Virus record (IMG/VR): IMGVR_UViG_3300035208_002606
DNA length: 64,000 nucleotides
Origin: a virus
Taxonomy: Duplodnaviria; Heunggongvirae; Uroviricota; Caudoviricetes
Strand: one strand, 5' to 3'
The position numbers and the translations under genes are program-made. Shown here in pieces: positions 8,666 to 16,323 of this stretch (the first letter of the stretch is position 1; each line of letters starts with the position of its first letter). The notes under the pieces were generated by a model that was not told the DNA's origin, searched no databases, and saw only the letters and a list, made by a program, of their open reading frames with translations.

Positions 8666-8960
8666 ACGGGAAATAAACAAGATTAAAAAGAAAATCAGGC
8701 TGTGGTGTGTCCTGCATAATGTCTCTTTGGGTGATAGAGGAAGTCCCGATGGATTTGTTTATAAAGAAGCGTGTGAGGCTTGCAAAAGAAAAAACGGGGG
8801 TAAATGTATAGGGTCGGAAAAGGTGAGAAACAACACACCCTTGTTGGTTCTTGATACAAAGAGAATGAGGTTGTATCGAAATATGGGTGCGGACAAAATA
8901 AACAACTATTCAAAAAACAATAAAAATTGGTGGTGTGCGGAATGGGTGAACCATGTCTAA
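8658..8960 (+). CDS. Cys-rich array protein, unit 14
   Basis: Colinear with unit 6 apart from a one-codon indel. Confidence 0.8.
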   Translation: MSRREINKIKKKIRLWCVLHNVSLGDRGSPDGFVYKEACEACKRKNGGKCIGSEKVRNNTPLLVLDTKRMRLYRNMGADKINNYSKNNKNWWCAEWVNHV

Positions 8961-9234
8961 ACAGTCTATAGAATATTGGAAGGGGAAATTTGAACTGTAC
9001 AAGAAATTACACCTTGAAGAATTTAAAAATTTTCACCTTGAAGAATTTAAAAATTTTAACAAAAAGTACACCCCCATGCGTTGCGACCTTTGCCCTTATA
9101 GATTGGGGCGGTGTCCTGACCCGTTTTTGCTTCTGTTCCCTGATGGAAGCATCATCGAAGATACGCTAGCGAACTTTATGAAAAGGCCGTCCTTTATAGA
9201 AGGGTGGTGTATTGAATGGATTAAGCATGTCTAA
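8953..9234 (+). CDS. Cys-rich array protein, unit 15
   Basis: KFELYKKLH...CDLC...CIEWIKHV; internal 24-bp duplication. Confidence 0.8.
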   Translation: MSKQSIEYWKGKFELYKKLHLEEFKNFHLEEFKNFNKKYTPMRCDLCPYRLGRCPDPFLLLFPDGSIIEDTLANFMKRPSFIEGWCIEWIKHV

Positions 9235-9463
9235 ACAGGAAAAAGATAAAATCGTGGCAAAGGCTAGGTTGTGGTTAATTCTACACGGGGCATTACAACG
9301 ATATGAACTTCATTCACGATGTGAACTATGCAAGCCCTTTAGGGATGCTATAAGAAATAACAATATATTTGCATGCACGGAAGACCAAAAAGTTTACGCA
9401 ACGATGGATATGAAAGAATCTTCAAATCATGGCGTTTGCGTGGCATGGGCAAAATATGTCTAA
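9227..9463 (+). CDS. Cys-rich array protein, unit 16
   Basis: Junction ATG at 9227; KARLWLILH...CELC...CVAWAKYV. Confidence 0.8.
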   Translation: MSKQEKDKIVAKARLWLILHGALQRYELHSRCELCKPFRDAIRNNNIFACTEDQKVYATMDMKESSNHGVCVAWAKYV

Positions 9464-9725
9464 AGAAGAAAAAACAAAAATACTGAATAAACTGCGCCTG
9501 TATTTTATTCTCCACCCTGGTTCAAAGGAAAGATGGATAAACAGCGATATCTTTTGTCAGATTTGTAAATTTAATGAGGCTCCCGTGGGATATACTCCTT
9601 CTTGTCCAAATAGCGTTCGTCTGTTAGTGAGGGGAGATTTAAAGGATGTTATCGAAATGGCAGCGATTGCTCATATTGAGAATGATGAGATTTTTTATTG
9701 TGCGGATTGGATTAAAAATGATTAA
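9456..9725 (+). CDS. Cys-rich array protein, unit 17
   Basis: Junction ATG at 9456; KLRLYFILH...CQIC...CADWIKND. Confidence 0.8.
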   Translation: MSKEEKTKILNKLRLYFILHPGSKERWINSDIFCQICKFNEAPVGYTPSCPNSVRLLVRGDLKDVIEMAAIAHIENDEIFYCADWIKND

Positions 9726-9963
9726 ATCATTTCAAGAACTAAAAGAAATAAAACACCTTCCGACTTGGGCCTCAACCATGAACTATATTTACAAAAATGG
9801 AATTTTTAAATATCTAGACAATTATCACACTCTCCCTATTCTAGATAGTCGTAAGCATTCACCTATGGCTAGGGCATGGTTAAAAAAGCATCATCCTATC
9901 TATGCTAATCAAATAAGATTATGGGAAATTCTTCACAATAAAGATGTTGTTACAATGGAATAG
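9718..9963 (+). CDS. hypothetical protein closing the array
   Basis: Same 8-nt overlap; carries QIRLWEILH near its C-terminus. Confidence 0.65.
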   Translation: MIKSFQELKEIKHLPTWASTMNYIYKNGIFKYLDNYHTLPILDSRKHSPMARAWLKKHHPIYANQIRLWEILHNKDVVTME

Positions 9964-9997
9964 CACGATTATATTGTTAGAATTTAACGATATATAC

Positions 9998-10026
9998 TTG
10001 ACAAGTCAGATTTTTCGTGATATAAT
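9998..10026 (+). promoter_or_regulatory. consensus sigma70 promoter
   Basis: TTGACA(9998)-N17-TATAAT(10021); a GTTA-N5-TAACGAT box lies just upstream. Confidence 0.9.
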
Positions 10027-10044
10027 ATGTTAGGAGTGTGAAAA

Positions 10045-10275
10045 ATGAACATACTGATGTTAGGACTTATCGTTGGAATGGGGGTCTATATCCTTTACCT
10101 TCGGGCCGTAATTGCAGGAAAGACCGATGCCCTGAAAGTCATCAAATTACTCTATGTCAAAATGTGCAATCGGGTATTTGTGGAATACGGCATCAGTAAA
10201 GCATTGGAACTTAGAAAGGGGGTTGAAGCCGAAGTCCTAAAAGAAATGGGATTGAATACTCTTCGGGAGAATTAA
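10045..10275 (+). CDS. hypothetical membrane-anchored protein
   Basis: N-terminal hydrophobic helix; SD AGGAG. Confidence 0.65.
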   Translation: MNILMLGLIVGMGVYILYLRAVIAGKTDALKVIKLLYVKMCNRVFVEYGISKALELRKGVEAEVLKEMGLNTLREN

Positions 10276-10277
10276 AA

Positions 10278-10694
10278 ATGTCCAAGTGGGTTACAAAGTG
10301 GGAAGTTCAGTCGGAAAGCAATCCTCAGAAGTTCTACACCGTTTCGAGGGCTGAAGATGGGGAGTTCGGCTGTTCCTGTCCCCAATGGGTCTTTCGCAAA
10401 AAGACTTGCAAGCACATTCGGGCCATCGTCAAAGTATTGAATATAAGCGAGACTGAAAGTGCGATTGCCAATCGTATGCGCTTTGTTGCCAAAATGAACC
10501 TGATGACCCTAAGTTGCGATAACTGTGCGAAAAGAAATTCCTCCGCACAATGTCCGTATTTTACTAGTCATGGTTATTATGGCATTAGGCATGATATCCC
10601 CTCTCAAGATTTGTTTTATGTCAAAAGCGGCAAGGATACTTTCTATTTGCTTGGGCGGTGTTGCAAGTATTACGAAAAGGCAAAAGATGAATAA
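10278..10694 (+). CDS. SWIM zinc-finger protein
   Basis: GCSCPQW...CKHI (CxC...CxH), plus a C-terminal CxxC cluster. Confidence 0.8.
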   Translation: MSKWVTKWEVQSESNPQKFYTVSRAEDGEFGCSCPQWVFRKKTCKHIRAIVKVLNISETESAIANRMRFVAKMNLMTLSCDNCAKRNSSAQCPYFTSHGYYGIRHDIPSQDLFYVKSGKDTFYLLGRCCKYYEKAKDE

Positions 10695-10723
10695 AAAGCA
10701 AACGGAGGTAGATGGGGGTTTGA

Positions 10724-11074
10724 ATGTCTAAGCCTGAAATTGACGAAAAGTTCGAGCGTAAGGTCAAATTGTTTTGCATTTTACATAGCAATAATATTGA
10801 AAACATACAACAAGCCCAAATAAAAAGTTGTCCTGAATGCAGGGCGAGACACGCCGGGATTTGCAATATCCGATATTACAAAGGTCAGGTGATTTATAAT
10901 CATGAAGACGGTTCCATTGCAAAGATTAAGCCCGAAGGAATATTTGAAAGAAAAACTACCCCCAACATGGGAATGTTCAAGCGATTCGTATCTATTGATG
11001 GGGAAATTTATCATCAAAGCCTTTTTTATGTTGCTGACGTTTGTTTTGGGTTTTTAAGAAATGAATCTAAATAA
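10724..11074 (+). CDS. divergent Cys-rich array-family protein
   Basis: KVKLFCILH...CPEC...C. Confidence 0.65.
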   Translation: MSKPEIDEKFERKVKLFCILHSNNIENIQQAQIKSCPECRARHAGICNIRYYKGQVIYNHEDGSIAKIKPEGIFERKTTPNMGMFKRFVSIDGEIYHQSLFYVADVCFGFLRNESK

Positions 11075-11294
11075 ATTACAACAGAAAGCGGATTTGTGGC
11101 TAAAATTACATGGAGTATTAACTTTTGAAGATGCGCCACTAATGAATTGTGAAGATGTATGTCCATATTTTCACCAATGTCGGCCTATAAAGTTAAAAAA
11201 TTCTAAGGAGATAATTGTATATAAGGACGGTTGTATCAAATGGCTTGACGATGAAGGGTTTGATAATGGAAAGGCTAGCGATGAATCTAAATAA
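11061..11294 (+). CDS. divergent Cys-rich array-family protein
   Basis: KADLWLKLHG...C...CIKWLDDEGF. Confidence 0.7.
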   Translation: MNLNKLQQKADLWLKLHGVLTFEDAPLMNCEDVCPYFHQCRPIKLKNSKEIIVYKDGCIKWLDDEGFDNGKASDESK

Positions 11295-11505
11295 ATTACA
11301 ACAAAAAGCGGATTTGTGGCTAGCCCTTCATGGGGTTGGTAGGTTCTCCCAATTAAAGGGTTTAAATTGTAAAGATTATTGCAATTATACGCACCAATGT
11401 CCTTATTATGCAGAACACGGTCTAGGGAAGTTACCTTTCGAATACAAAGATGGTTGTATCAAATGGCTTGACGATGAAGGGTTTAAGGACTTGACAGATA
11501 AATAA
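11281..11505 (+). CDS. tandem duplicate of the previous gene with a different centre
   Basis: Near-identical 5' and 3' DNA to 11061-11294; start reassigned to 11281. Confidence 0.7.
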   Translation: MNLNKLQQKADLWLALHGVGRFSQLKGLNCKDYCNYTHQCPYYAEHGLGKLPFEYKDGCIKWLDDEGFKDLTDK

Positions 11506-11519
11506 CAGTATGGTATAAT
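11491..11519 (+). promoter_or_regulatory. consensus sigma70 promoter with extended -10; leaderless start
   Basis: TTGACA(11491)-N17-TATAAT(11514) with TG; ATGs at 11523 and 11526 with no SD. Confidence 0.85.
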
Positions 11520-11525
11520 AGAATG

Positions 11526-11996
11526 ATGGGAAAAATAGACAAAATTCATATTTCGGTAATGGGTTCTGATATTTGGAAACAGGTCAGCAGGGTCTACCCC
11601 TACGACCACATCCTTATCAGGTTTAAGACCCCTAGGGTCAATTACCCTCAGACTATTCTCTCTCCTTTTTGCCGTGGTCAGGTTGAACTGTTCGTTCATG
11701 ACTTCACGCCGAATGAGGCAATGGGGAATAATCAGATTATCCTGTTCAATAAGAACCACGCCAAGAAAATCCTAGAACTTGTGGAGAGGGAGAAGCACAA
11801 CATTTATCATTTAATTTGCGTTTGTGATGCCGGCATCAGCCGCAGTTCGGCTACTGCTGCCGCAATCGGGAAAATCCTGTACAATGACGACACTTTCATC
11901 TTTGAAAACCCCCGTTACATCCCCAATAGTCATGTGTACAGCACAATCCTTCGCACTAATTTTGAAAGGGAAATTCCTCTTTTACAGCCCCTTTAA
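11526..11996 (+). CDS. protein-tyrosine/dual-specificity phosphatase-like protein
   Basis: CX5R P-loop CDAGISRSSATAAAI. Confidence 0.8.
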   Translation: MGKIDKIHISVMGSDIWKQVSRVYPYDHILIRFKTPRVNYPQTILSPFCRGQVELFVHDFTPNEAMGNNQIILFNKNHAKKILELVEREKHNIYHLICVCDAGISRSSATAAAIGKILYNDDTFIFENPRYIPNSHVYSTILRTNFEREIPLLQPL

Positions 11997-11999
11997 GCC

Positions 12000-12329
12000 A
12001 TGTTAAAAATCATAAGCGGGTATCTACCAAAAAACAAGGCATTGAGCCGCCTAGGGCGCAAGGCACGGCTAGAATTGGTTCTAAATGGGGTAGTATCGGA
12101 AAGAACAACGGATGAAATACGTTGGGCCATATCCTGTTGGAATTGCAAGTGGTATGTTCTTGACAAAAAAGCACTAGGGCAAAGTTTTTATACTTGCACC
12201 AAGTCGGGAAGCAAGACAAAAAGAAATAATCTTGAACTTTTAGTACGACTAGGAATAAAAAAAGATGAACCTAGTGGAATAAGAATGATTCCTTACTGCA
12301 ATGGGTTTGAAGAGAAGAAAGAAGAGTAA
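12000..12329 (+). CDS. Cys-rich protein, remote array-family member
   Basis: RKARLELVLNG...CWNC...C...C. Confidence 0.55.
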   Translation: MLKIISGYLPKNKALSRLGRKARLELVLNGVVSERTTDEIRWAISCWNCKWYVLDKKALGQSFYTCTKSGSKTKRNNLELLVRLGIKKDEPSGIRMIPYCNGFEEKKEE

Positions 12330-12331
12330 AT

Positions 12332-12490
12332 TTATTCTTTAATCTTTCCCCACAAATAATAGATAACCCCACAAAGAACAGGAACAAGAATCAACAGAGA
12401 AATTCCCCCTGCTAATACCAATCCGTAACCAAGTGAAATTGCTACGAAAAGCGCAAACAAAGCCGCCACAATTGTCAATAATGTTTTCAT
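12332..12490 (-). CDS. 52-aa two-TM membrane protein (holin candidate)
   Basis: Hand translation MKTLLTIVAALFALFVAISLGYGLVLAGGISLLILVPVLCGVIYYLWGKIKE; SD AGGAG; late box at 12508-12515. Confidence 0.55.
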   Translation of the reverse strand: MKTLLTIVAALFALFVAISLGYGLVLAGGISLLILVPVLCGVIYYLWGKIKE

Positions 12491-12513
12491 GTTATTTCTC
12501 CTATTTCTATTTA

Positions 12514-13152
12514 TTAATGTTTAAGAAAATTATATGTTTTATTACTTTTTTCCCAATTTTCTTTCGACCATAATGGTTGAAGGTTTGTATAATGACAGGC
12601 CTTTAAAAAATCTTCTCTATTTGTTAGGTCAAAAGATGAAAGGGGTTTAATATGGTCAATGTGCCAACCCGTATAACTCCAATTGTCCCAGGTCATTCCT
12701 GGTTGAAATTTATTTTCCAAGTAAATTTTAAGTTCAGGAATAGAACAACCTAAATCTTTGATTGCGGAACCCGATTTTTGATTATTACATAAGGCATGAT
12801 ATATTCTAATCCGTAAATTATAAGCCAATTTAAAATTTATATCTTTTTTTAATTTTTTCTTTTGATATTTATTTTGGCGTATTAATATTTCTTTTTTATG
12901 AGTTTTCTTATATTTTTTTGCTTTTAATGATATCTCTTTTTTATGAGTTTTCCTATACTCTTTTGCATATAAATTTCTTTTTTCTTTATGATTTTCATTA
13001 TATTCATTTTCTCTTTGTTTTTTAAATATTTGTCTTTCTTCTTCCGAATTAAATTTTCTTCTGACCCGTATTCCTTTTTTTCTACGCCATTTTGTATTTA
13101 TATTTTTCCTAGCCTCTTTCTTTTCTTCTTCCGTAAAATATTTTCTCTTCAT
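12514..13152 (-). CDS. free-standing HNH homing endonuclease
   Basis: WHIDHIKPL...CHYTNLQPLW; Lys-rich N-terminus; SD GGAGGT before ATG 13152. Confidence 0.85.
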   Translation of the reverse strand: MKRKYFTEEEKKEARKNINTKWRRKKGIRVRRKFNSEEERQIFKKQRENEYNENHKEKRNLYAKEYRKTHKKEISLKAKKYKKTHKKEILIRQNKYQKKKLKKDINFKLAYNLRIRIYHALCNNQKSGSAIKDLGCSIPELKIYLENKFQPGMTWDNWSYTGWHIDHIKPLSSFDLTNREDFLKACHYTNLQPLWSKENWEKSNKTYNFLKH

Positions 13153-13177
13153 TTCAACCTCCACCAAAGTTTAATTT

Positions 13178-13241
13178 TAGTGTAGGTAATCCGAAAAGTG
13201 GTGGCTTTTCAGAGGGGTAATTACTCCTTGTCCCTACACTA
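13178..13241 (-). ncRNA. structured leader upstream of homing endonuclease (copy 1)
   Basis: TAGTGTAGG/CCTACACTA closing stem enclosing two hairpins; paralogous to the 23378 and 34154 copies. Confidence 0.6.
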
Positions 13242-14660
13242 TTATTTAGTGTTTTTGTTATTTTTATCTTTACAGTACGGGACCAATTTTCCAAAAATGC
13301 ACTTTAAGAAATTAGGAATCCCAAAAAGAAAGTCCTTAATGTTTAAATAAAACCAACAGGAACATTTTTGCTCAGGCTCTTCAGGACAAGTGTTCCCCGT
13401 TTCGACCCACTTATTTTCCACACAAGTGTGCGTGACAATTTCCAACCCATTCCAACAGGTCATTTTTTTAACTTCCCCAATCGAACACTCTGGCGGTGAT
13501 GGGTAAACAGGGTCAGGCGTTCCGTAGTTCTCAGGATATTTGCCGTAACGATTCTTGTATGCGTCCGCTAACCCACGAATACTTTCCAACCAAGCATCAG
13601 GGGCAGTATTAGAGGGTAGACTTTCTAGAGAGGTCTTGCCGTCAACGCCGCCACACTTGGACAGGATATATTTTGCCGTGTTGTATGTTTGCTGATAATC
13701 CCCTCGTCTCCAAGTTCCATCGGGTTCACAATTCTTTGCGCTGTCCCCCTTGCTTTGTCCGTCATCACTTGCAAGGAACCAACGGGTTCTTGCATCGCCC
13801 CACATTTGTATGCATTTTTCTTCGTCATCGGAATCTTCAGGATAAATGCCGATATTATGGACGGTGCAGAGGATTAAATCTTGCGCCTGAGGAAGAGTCT
13901 CACGATATTTCTTTCCTGTCCTGCCGTCAATCATGTTCGACAAATAGCGACAAGCCTGAACAATCAAGTCCCTGTCTGTATCAACTTCCCATTTATCCCC
14001 AACAAATTCACCCACGGGTAATGCCCCCCAACAAATATTTCGTTCGGGACAGCCGCTCTGAATCAGGAAGTCTGCAAGTTTAGCGGCCCATGCTCCGCAA
14101 TCTTGAGGGGAGTATCCTTTTATTTGTGAGAACTCGTTGCAAATTTCGTACTCCATTGTATTTCCGTAACGACTATAAACTTTTTGTGCTGTTCTTCGGG
14201 CGTACTCAAAGGACACAAAATAGTTGGCAAAGCCTTGCACGTTGTTCTGCCACGGGGCCATAAGGGGGTTGCGATTGGAGCCAGGAGCAGTATGATATTG
14301 GCAGTTGTCGAATAAGGAATAAACGATTTTGATGTTATTTTTTCCCGCCAAATATACCACCTTATCCAACTCCACAAAATAGGCCTCGTTAAACTTATCC
14401 AAGTTCCATTTCTGTTTTACGGAATCCCAAAGATAAGGGCTGAACATCTTGTCCGCACTCTTTACCCATTTTGTTTCATAAGGGAAGATGCGGCAACGGT
14501 TCGCACCATATTTTCTTGCAGGGTGGATAAAGGCCTTGAATTGGTCTTCGTCTAATTTCATATCCCCCATACAACCGCCATCCCACCCCTCTTTATCGGG
14601 CATCCATCCTGTTGCGAAAATTCCCAACCAACTTACATATAAATTTGCTTTGTCTGCCAT
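13242..14660 (-). CDS. GH5-like (clan GH-A) glycoside hydrolase with Cys-rich C-terminal tail
   Basis: RIFPY, VYSLFD and YEICNE acid/base motif; start reassigned to MADK at 14660. Confidence 0.65.
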   Translation of the reverse strand: MADKANLYVSWLGIFATGWMPDKEGWDGGCMGDMKLDEDQFKAFIHPARKYGANRCRIFPYETKWVKSADKMFSPYLWDSVKQKWNLDKFNEAYFVELDKVVYLAGKNNIKIVYSLFDNCQYHTAPGSNRNPLMAPWQNNVQGFANYFVSFEYARRTAQKVYSRYGNTMEYEICNEFSQIKGYSPQDCGAWAAKLADFLIQSGCPERNICWGALPVGEFVGDKWEVDTDRDLIVQACRYLSNMIDGRTGKKYRETLPQAQDLILCTVHNIGIYPEDSDDEEKCIQMWGDARTRWFLASDDGQSKGDSAKNCEPDGTWRRGDYQQTYNTAKYILSKCGGVDGKTSLESLPSNTAPDAWLESIRGLADAYKNRYGKYPENYGTPDPVYPSPPECSIGEVKKMTCWNGLEIVTHTCVENKWVETGNTCPEEPEQKCSCWFYLNIKDFLFGIPNFLKCIFGKLVPYCKDKNNKNTK

Positions 14661-14664
14661 GTTA

Positions 14665-16014
14665 TTATTTTTCTTTACAATACGGCTCCAATTTTCCAAA
14701 AAGGCATTTGATAAAGTTAGGAACCCCAAAGAGAAAGTCTTTAATGTTCAAGTAGTGGAAGCAAGAACATTTTTGGTCGGGGGGTTCAGGTTGTTCAGGA
14801 CAGGTGTTACCCGTCTCAACCCATTTATTTTCCACACATGTATGCGTTATAATCTCAGACCCATCCCAACAAATAGATTTCTTCACTTCTCCTGTCTGAC
14901 ATTCAGCAATATATGGGAACTTACCGTAATTCTCAGGCCATACCCCATATTTTTCAAAATAAGCCTTACTAATTGCTTCCATTGTCGGAACCCAAACATC
15001 AGGATTCATGTTGGAGGGTAAACGCTCAATAACCCATTTGTTTATTTTGTTGGCATCATTTTTCAGAATGAGTTTTGCCACATTATACCATTGCTCCGGA
15101 GAAGGCCTACGATATTTCCCATTTGGTTTGATATCATTATCACTTGCACCGTTCGCAACCCCATCATCACTTAAAAATCCCTTGCCTGTATGACTACCAC
15201 CCCACCAATTCAATGCCCATTCTCCGTGATAGGAAGCCGGAAATATTTCTCCATCTTTGACTTCATTATATACCCCCACATTATGCATTGAGCGGTATGA
15301 TTGTATTTTTCCTGGGCGAAATTTCACGGTGGATAAAATAATGGTTTGTAAACTGTTATTTCTGTCCTCTTCCCATACTCCATTTTCATATGTCGCTGCT
15401 GATGAAGCACCCCAACATATTTCTTCTTCTATAACGCCTTTGGAAAGTAAACGGTCAAAAATTTCTACATTCCATTCTGCTGCTGCTTTAATGGGAAGAT
15501 TGCGTTTTACCCCCTCATTAATAATTTCGTAAAAAACCTTTCGTCCCAACACAGAAAATACCTTATCTGTCCATTTCAAAGCATAAGGCAGAGAATCATA
15601 GTAATCATCAAACCCTTGAACATTGTTTCCCCAAGGTGATACTTCTGTTGACCCATGATGGAATTGAGCATTATCAAATAGGCTGTACCAAATCTTGAGA
15701 TTGTACTTTGCGGCGACCGCGACCATCTGTGATAAAATCTCAAAATATTTGTCGTTATACTTGTTAAGATTCCACTTGCCATTTTCAAGAATGTAAGGAG
15801 ACCATAATTTCTCAATTGGAACGCCTCCCCCTTCTTGAGACCAAGGGGAATAAGGTAAAATACGAATACCATTTGCCCCCGCATTTGCCGATTTCTGACA
15901 CCAATTTTCCCACTTGTCAAAGTCAAATTCGGTGTAATCATTTTTAAGACAGCCCTGTACTGTGGGGCTGAATACTACCAACCAACTGTTTAAAAGATAT
16001 TGTTTGTCTGCCAT
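14665..16014 (-). CDS. GH5-like glycoside hydrolase, tandem paralogue
   Basis: RILPY, WYSLFD and YEIINE; same Cys-rich tail. Confidence 0.65.
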   Translation of the reverse strand: MADKQYLLNSWLVVFSPTVQGCLKNDYTEFDFDKWENWCQKSANAGANGIRILPYSPWSQEGGGVPIEKLWSPYILENGKWNLNKYNDKYFEILSQMVAVAAKYNLKIWYSLFDNAQFHHGSTEVSPWGNNVQGFDDYYDSLPYALKWTDKVFSVLGRKVFYEIINEGVKRNLPIKAAAEWNVEIFDRLLSKGVIEEEICWGASSAATYENGVWEEDRNNSLQTIILSTVKFRPGKIQSYRSMHNVGVYNEVKDGEIFPASYHGEWALNWWGGSHTGKGFLSDDGVANGASDNDIKPNGKYRRPSPEQWYNVAKLILKNDANKINKWVIERLPSNMNPDVWVPTMEAISKAYFEKYGVWPENYGKFPYIAECQTGEVKKSICWDGSEIITHTCVENKWVETGNTCPEQPEPPDQKCSCFHYLNIKDFLFGVPNFIKCLFGKLEPYCKEK

Positions 16015-16030
16015 GTTATTTTCTCCTATC

Positions 16031-16076
16031 TTTCTTATTTTCTTATTTTCTTATTTTCTTATTTTCTTATTTTTTT
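16031..16076 (-). repeat. (AATAAGAAA)x~5 tract directly before the SD of the GH5-like gene
   Basis: TTTTCTTAT tandem copies on the + strand. Confidence 0.8.
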
Positions 16077-16323
16077 ATGGTTCAACAGGTGGTTCAACAG
16101 GTGGTTCAACAGGCGGTTCAGGAAGTGTCAACCCCAACAACGAGATAACACTATCCATCGTTTCAGGGTCATCCTTCAACTTGTCAAGAATCAACACCAT
16201 CCCCTCTTGAAAGTTGCCTGTCGCCAAACTTCGTTGTTTGTTCCATTCCCTACCCAACTGTTTGAGATGCTTTATCAGTTTAGGTTCAACCTCTTCCCAA
16301 GTATCCCCACCCCAAATTTCCAT
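16075..16323 (-). CDS. small protein ending in (PEPPV)-type repeats
   Basis: 12-bp repeat GGTTCAACAGGT x3 at 16078-16115. Confidence 0.55.
   Translation of the reverse strand: MEIWGGDTWEEVEPKLIKHLKQLGREWNKQRSLATGNFQEGMVLILDKLKDDPETMDSVISLLGLTLPEPPVEPPVEPPVEP

Noticed and set aside
6004-8960. Diversity-generating retroelement (TR/VR pairs) explaining the duplicated units
   Set aside because: Differences are not adenine-specific, both copies are coding, and no reverse transcriptase lies in the window.
5533-9725. Regularly recurring ~20-bp junction resembling a CRISPR array
   Set aside because: The 'spacers' are 135-340 bp, variable in length and fully coding; the repeats are degenerate and non-palindromic; no cas genes are present.
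5092-9725. Classical integron cassette array
   Set aside because: There are no attC palindromes or intergenic DNA, and no tyrosine recombinase in the window.
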